Below, piece after piece: positions 61,101 to 64,000 of a DNA stretch of 64,000 bases. The notes under the pieces are model-generated. The model had not been told where the DNA came from. It saw only the letters and a list, made by a program, of their open reading frames with translations, and searched no databases. The DNA comes from Opitutales bacterium (lineage in GTDB: Bacteria; Verrucomicrobiota; Verrucomicrobiia; Opitutales; JABSRG01): assembly GCA_049599475.1 (NCBI GenBank), contig JBMYOQ010000003.1:86291-150290 (forward strand). Direction: 5' to 3'. Every line of letters begins with the position of its first letter. The stretch's first letter is position 1. The position numbers and the translations under genes were made by a program.

Positions 61101-63484
61101 CACAGCAACCCATAGAAGTCCTCACCGACGGTCTGGATATTGATCCCGATATCACAGATACCAGCAGTCTCACGATACGCGCAGTTCTTGATAGCGAACA
61201 GGGCGACGTCGACCTGCGCCTGATCCACAATGGAGTCGATCGCGTTACGACTTTTACCAGCGAAATATCTCCCCATGCCATTTTTGGAACCACAGCATTC
61301 CAGTATGTCGGTGAACCTTTAGCACCCGGCGAATATACCATCCAAGCAACTCCAGATGGTGGAACGATGGCATCGGTGACTTTCACCATTGGCGGCCCTT
61401 GGGTGCCTCCTTTGCCGGATCCCGGCCCGATCCCTTATTGGGAAACCTATGCAGACCCTGCTTCGGACCCAGATACACTCGGACTTTGGCACATGACCGC
61501 GAGTGAAGTAGGAACGGGCTCTCAAATGATCCAACTCGTAGGAAACGCGTCTCGCGACAATGTATCTGGTGTGTCCTACTCCGACGGCTTGAACTTTGGG
61601 GGCGGCATCGACAGTGCTCAGATATCGGACGTAGATACCGGTTCCAACTCCAGCTTCACCGTGGAAGCATGGCTAAAGTTCAGCAACGCTACACCGGAGG
61701 TAGACCAACATATTTTCCGCAAATGGAATAATCAGTTAAACTTAGGCTACCTGCTTTACCGTCAACCCAGCGGCAGATGGCAAGCGCGCATTGGCGGCGG
61801 AGGCGATCAACGTCACATCTTCACTACGAGCGACTCAATCGATATGGCACCCGATGAATGGCACCATGTGGCCATTTCTTGGAGTCAGCAAACATATGTA
61901 GTGACCATTTGGATAAACGGACAAGCCTACCCTGCGGCACCAGAGCCAGGCTTCATTTTTCAGGAGTATGCAGACGAGCCTTTGATACTAGGGAACGATG
62001 AGTGGTCTCCGACTGAATACCATTTCGAGGGCACGATGGATATCTTGCGCATCAGCACCGTTGCCAGATCATTCCTGACACCAGCGCCACCGACTTTGGA
62101 ATGGATTTCTCCGGTAACTCTTGAGGGCGCCACGGTTGAAACCCCATACAATAGCGGCCTATTTGATAAGAGCGCATATGTCACCCAAGGCGGCGCCCCA
62201 CTCCCACTCGAGTTCAATGCTCGGTCGCTTCCTGGATGGATGGACTTCCACCAAGATGCTACTTATTTTTGGTTTAGCGGGACTCCGTCGAGTGCCGCAG
62301 TGGGCATCCGTACCGTGAGAATCATAGCAAGCTCTGCGGGTATCGACAGCGAAACAAGCGTGGAAATCATAGTACACGACCTCCCGTCCACAGCGACTCA
62401 CTGGGCATCGTATTCAGACGACCCATACACGGTGGGTATTTGGCGAATGGACGCGGACGAATTCGGAACTGACGATCTAGAAATTGCAATCCATGCCGAT
62501 GCGAGCAGGGACTCTACATCGGGGAGATTCGGGGCAGGCCTCACCCTCAACGCTGGGCACGACCGTGCTTCGATTTCAGGTATTGCAATACCTGGAACCG
62601 TAGGCCCATCGCCCGCCGAAAGCAGTTTCACGCTAGAAGCTTGGGTAAATATCGAAACGCTCAATACAGGAAGCGATCAATATTTATTCGAAAAATGGTC
62701 GGCCGGAGATAATACTGGATATCGCGTTTTCCGCATGAACTCAGGTGGCTGGCGAGTGATTTTTGGTGACGGCAATGAACGCTACGCCATGGACATCAGC
62801 CCGTTGTCGAGCATTCAGGCAGACCAATGGTACCATATCGCAGTCTGCTGGAACCACCTCACACATACACTCGGCTTCTTCTTAGATGGTGCATTGGTCC
62901 AATCGGAGATTTTTGAAAATGTGGTTTTTCAGGATTCTAATGCAGACCTCCATATCGGTAACGACCGTTACGGAAACAATGCGAACGCTTACCACCTGCA
63001 CGGAAGGATTGATGAGATACGCATCAGTAGCATCGCTCGCAACTTCGTCGAAGGCCCACCCTATCCATATGGCGAAGAATTCGTATCCTGGGCCGATGCT
63101 CATGGGGTCGGATACAATCCAGACAACAATCCTGATGGAGACCCATGGTCGAATGGCATCGAGTATATGTTCGGGATGAATCCAAACGCGGGTGACAATC
63201 AGATCATGGAAGCCCACGCATGGAATCCAGTAAGACCCATCATTTCCTACACCTACAGGAACGACGCAGCTATCGAATACGTAGTCGAAAGATCCCAAGA
63301 CTTAGAGGTTTGGACGGAAGTATCTCGCTACGACGGAAGCACCCACGTCCACCTTGAAGTTGCGGTAGACAGAGAGACGGACAACGGGGACGGCACAACA
63401 ACACTACGGCTCAGATCTAACATGAGCTACGATCAAATGGATCAGCAATTCTTCCGAATATATGCCACCATGCTACAGCCATAA
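58175..63484 (+). CDS. Giant secreted protein: unknown N-terminal region, three LamG-like domains, one CxxCH motif, Ig/cadherin-like domain, Verrucomicrobia-style C-terminal domain (true start uncertain)
   Basis: GWSHLAL...GWIDEFKVF; FTVEAW...WHHVA...GTMDILRIS; FTLEAW...WYHIA...GRIDEIRIS; FCLDCHG; DGDPWSNGIEY...ERSQDL...FFRI. Confidence 0.85.
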   Translation: MTPTRKPAVQALPQALPRSMHRILDLGISFRPASCLRKTVSTTVMIASSLFSNGQSEPEIPAITRQVTTVEGNELTAPYIPAYRTSADGRLAMSPKRMNGQAIVFNLLVPERLEGHFNDSPNGAEIFWGASGNAHSREARHDIDNFWDLSHSDVSHPVNTHLTFYDNPDATNPYSGFRQGQFAGRDYYDMVMVTFAAWGRPTGNSATWKVPFYTEFTVEVTSPKTANARITDVEIGDPIMGIPFQADDVFEPLVTADGRLMIMRISTDDFVWEDPTNGTTQTSYQNVVYTYRSDPRAFTGPGAWQTYHPLSYAPYDVEINGTNQSNPPTGTSSDDFAFYGFAAHPFRDPIGGAIPRGFDFKANYPWIDRDGDNVVLTTIAPSLRDGNQRNNPTRYDVSPIPGVSTEDDILNNDISGISRSTQTKGHVIMGLWTQGKIVTMDNLLNNIDYGITVPDEAHMNIDLYEAGTGPYGGSGEVRIAAGRDNARGQPLGTPDNTTFFDSTEQIFNYDENMRPRTPRDVVWFVSSGTTTEEFAFDDYMHFDSFIVSHMNAAFSYGSTTTAPDRFIRPPYYDGWSGNQDRFFPEDIRFENSGTALPSRWRIPTYATTFPTNNDNDIRVEPVAMGGINGKGLWLDGDEGIRYRIPNNQPAEFSEQNWYYGIYLDCRFDNDTRNRTVLAFPDGSQLRLRGRDEVIYFNGGIQHVISLPSDLSLPRDGWSHLALQVFNGGSTVDFYLNGFLFDRWDSTTTPLFQLQENGNLDIGRTNNNGFVGWIDEFKVFADTFNPEVIANLAGGTLVGFNDEDNPSIESRARLFESWAHDEISTFLAINGEQTYDFYAVHYNYLNDTIAHPGDRPASTVSLRSSILFPESPLFHDAERPESAFNQFCLDCHGVDSTHGLNIGALSFQPGVNASDDARRQPMQPNPFISGNIPQNWIHGSPASSDRYISQSIDEWLLATHGGEPQSVTSFTLIDAHTQQPIEVLTDGLDIDPDITDTSSLTIRAVLDSEQGDVDLRLIHNGVDRVTTFTSEISPHAIFGTTAFQYVGEPLAPGEYTIQATPDGGTMASVTFTIGGPWVPPLPDPGPIPYWETYADPASDPDTLGLWHMTASEVGTGSQMIQLVGNASRDNVSGVSYSDGLNFGGGIDSAQISDVDTGSNSSFTVEAWLKFSNATPEVDQHIFRKWNNQLNLGYLLYRQPSGRWQARIGGGGDQRHIFTTSDSIDMAPDEWHHVAISWSQQTYVVTIWINGQAYPAAPEPGFIFQEYADEPLILGNDEWSPTEYHFEGTMDILRISTVARSFLTPAPPTLEWISPVTLEGATVETPYNSGLFDKSAYVTQGGAPLPLEFNARSLPGWMDFHQDATYFWFSGTPSSAAVGIRTVRIIASSAGIDSETSVEIIVHDLPSTATHWASYSDDPYTVGIWRMDADEFGTDDLEIAIHADASRDSTSGRFGAGLTLNAGHDRASISGIAIPGTVGPSPAESSFTLEAWVNIETLNTGSDQYLFEKWSAGDNTGYRVFRMNSGGWRVIFGDGNERYAMDISPLSSIQADQWYHIAVCWNHLTHTLGFFLDGALVQSEIFENVVFQDSNADLHIGNDRYGNNANAYHLHGRIDEIRISSIARNFVEGPPYPYGEEFVSWADAHGVGYNPDNNPDGDPWSNGIEYMFGMNPNAGDNQIMEAHAWNPVRPIISYTYRNDAAIEYVVERSQDLEVWTEVSRYDGSTHVHLEVAVDRETDNGDGTTTLRLRSNMSYDQMDQQFFRIYATMLQP

Positions 63485-63555
63485 AAATCTGGCCGCGAAT
63501 AGAGACACGGAGCCAATAGTGGTAGGGTCATACACCCTCAGGCAAATGAAGCGCG

Positions 63556-63744
63556 CTAGCGGTTCCGCTTTTTGCGGCGCTCGGCCCACTTTGCGTAGGG
63601 CATAAAATTCTTGATATCGCTGAGGGCATCCAGCTCTTCGTCGCTCGGGACACTTAGAGGCTCGCTGGGCGTGCCATCCAAATTCTCGTTGAGCGTCTCA
63701 TTGGATATCGGCAGCGACTGGACTCGTGACTCTGAGACATCCAT
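63556..63744 (-). CDS. Possible small hypothetical protein or gene remnant
   Basis: 62-aa ATG ORF convergent with the giant gene; no recognisable motif. Confidence 0.3.
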   Translation of the reverse strand: MDVSESRVQSLPISNETLNENLDGTPSEPLSVPSDEELDALSDIKNFMPYAKWAERRKKRNR

Positions 63745-63947
63745 TCACGCCACCCAGACGATGCCGAAGCAGTCCCGTCTACCACCCCGTTTGAATATGG
63801 TCGATGAGGACGGTTCCATGGCCATTTTTGAATGCGATAAGTTTCGAACCAATGAGGGCTAAAAGAGGGCCATGGTCGTTTAGAGCTAGTGTTTTGACTG
63901 TTTCACAGTATCTGCATCGAAGCCAAGAGCGAGGTAGTCTATTGTCT

Positions 63948-63979
63948 AGACCGTTTCTCAAAAGTCTTTTCGTTTACTC
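63948..63979 (+). repeat. Third, inverted copy of the element-end motif found in the direct repeats
   Basis: TTTCTCAAAAGTCTTTTCGTTTACTC (63954-63979) matches the reverse complement of 57844-57869 at 24/26. Confidence 0.7.
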
Positions 63980-64000
63980 TCTGCGTATTCTGCAAATGGA

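Overview
Bacterial chromosomal segment. The gene content and a Verrucomicrobia-style C-terminal sorting domain suggest Verrucomicrobiota/Opitutales (inference). Left to right: a 3'-truncated cytochrome P450 missed by the ORF track; housekeeping genes (ugd, ndk, HU, DAHP synthase, mdh); chemosensory cluster 1 (REC-PP2C-anti-sigma-kinase hybrid, cheW, STAS protein, hybrid cheA, cheB, cheR, cheY-like) with no chemoreceptor; malQ, trpS, an acidic membrane protein, lysC, thrC; a GAF-PilB/GspE ATPase; chemosensory cluster 2 (stop-interrupted MCP-like gene with six acidic IELF-type motifs, cheY, cheA, mcp, cheW, cheR, cheB and a stand-alone BLUF photoreceptor); a 140-bp MITE holding a REP doublet; motB, motA, fliA and a degenerate flhF; a circularly permuted Tat-type D-amino-acid-oxidase-like enzyme; transporters and an LpxR-family protein; a group II intron with its RT/maturase; a 12.4-kb sulfatase/rhamnosidase block bracketed by ~105-bp direct repeats; and a 1769-aa secreted LamG protein with one CxxCH motif. 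The best candidates for undescribed biology are the partner-switching module inside a receptor-less che operon, the BLUF-containing che operon, and the REP-carrying MITE family. No rRNA, tRNA or CRISPR array was seen. All family calls come from motif recognition by eye, not from database searches.
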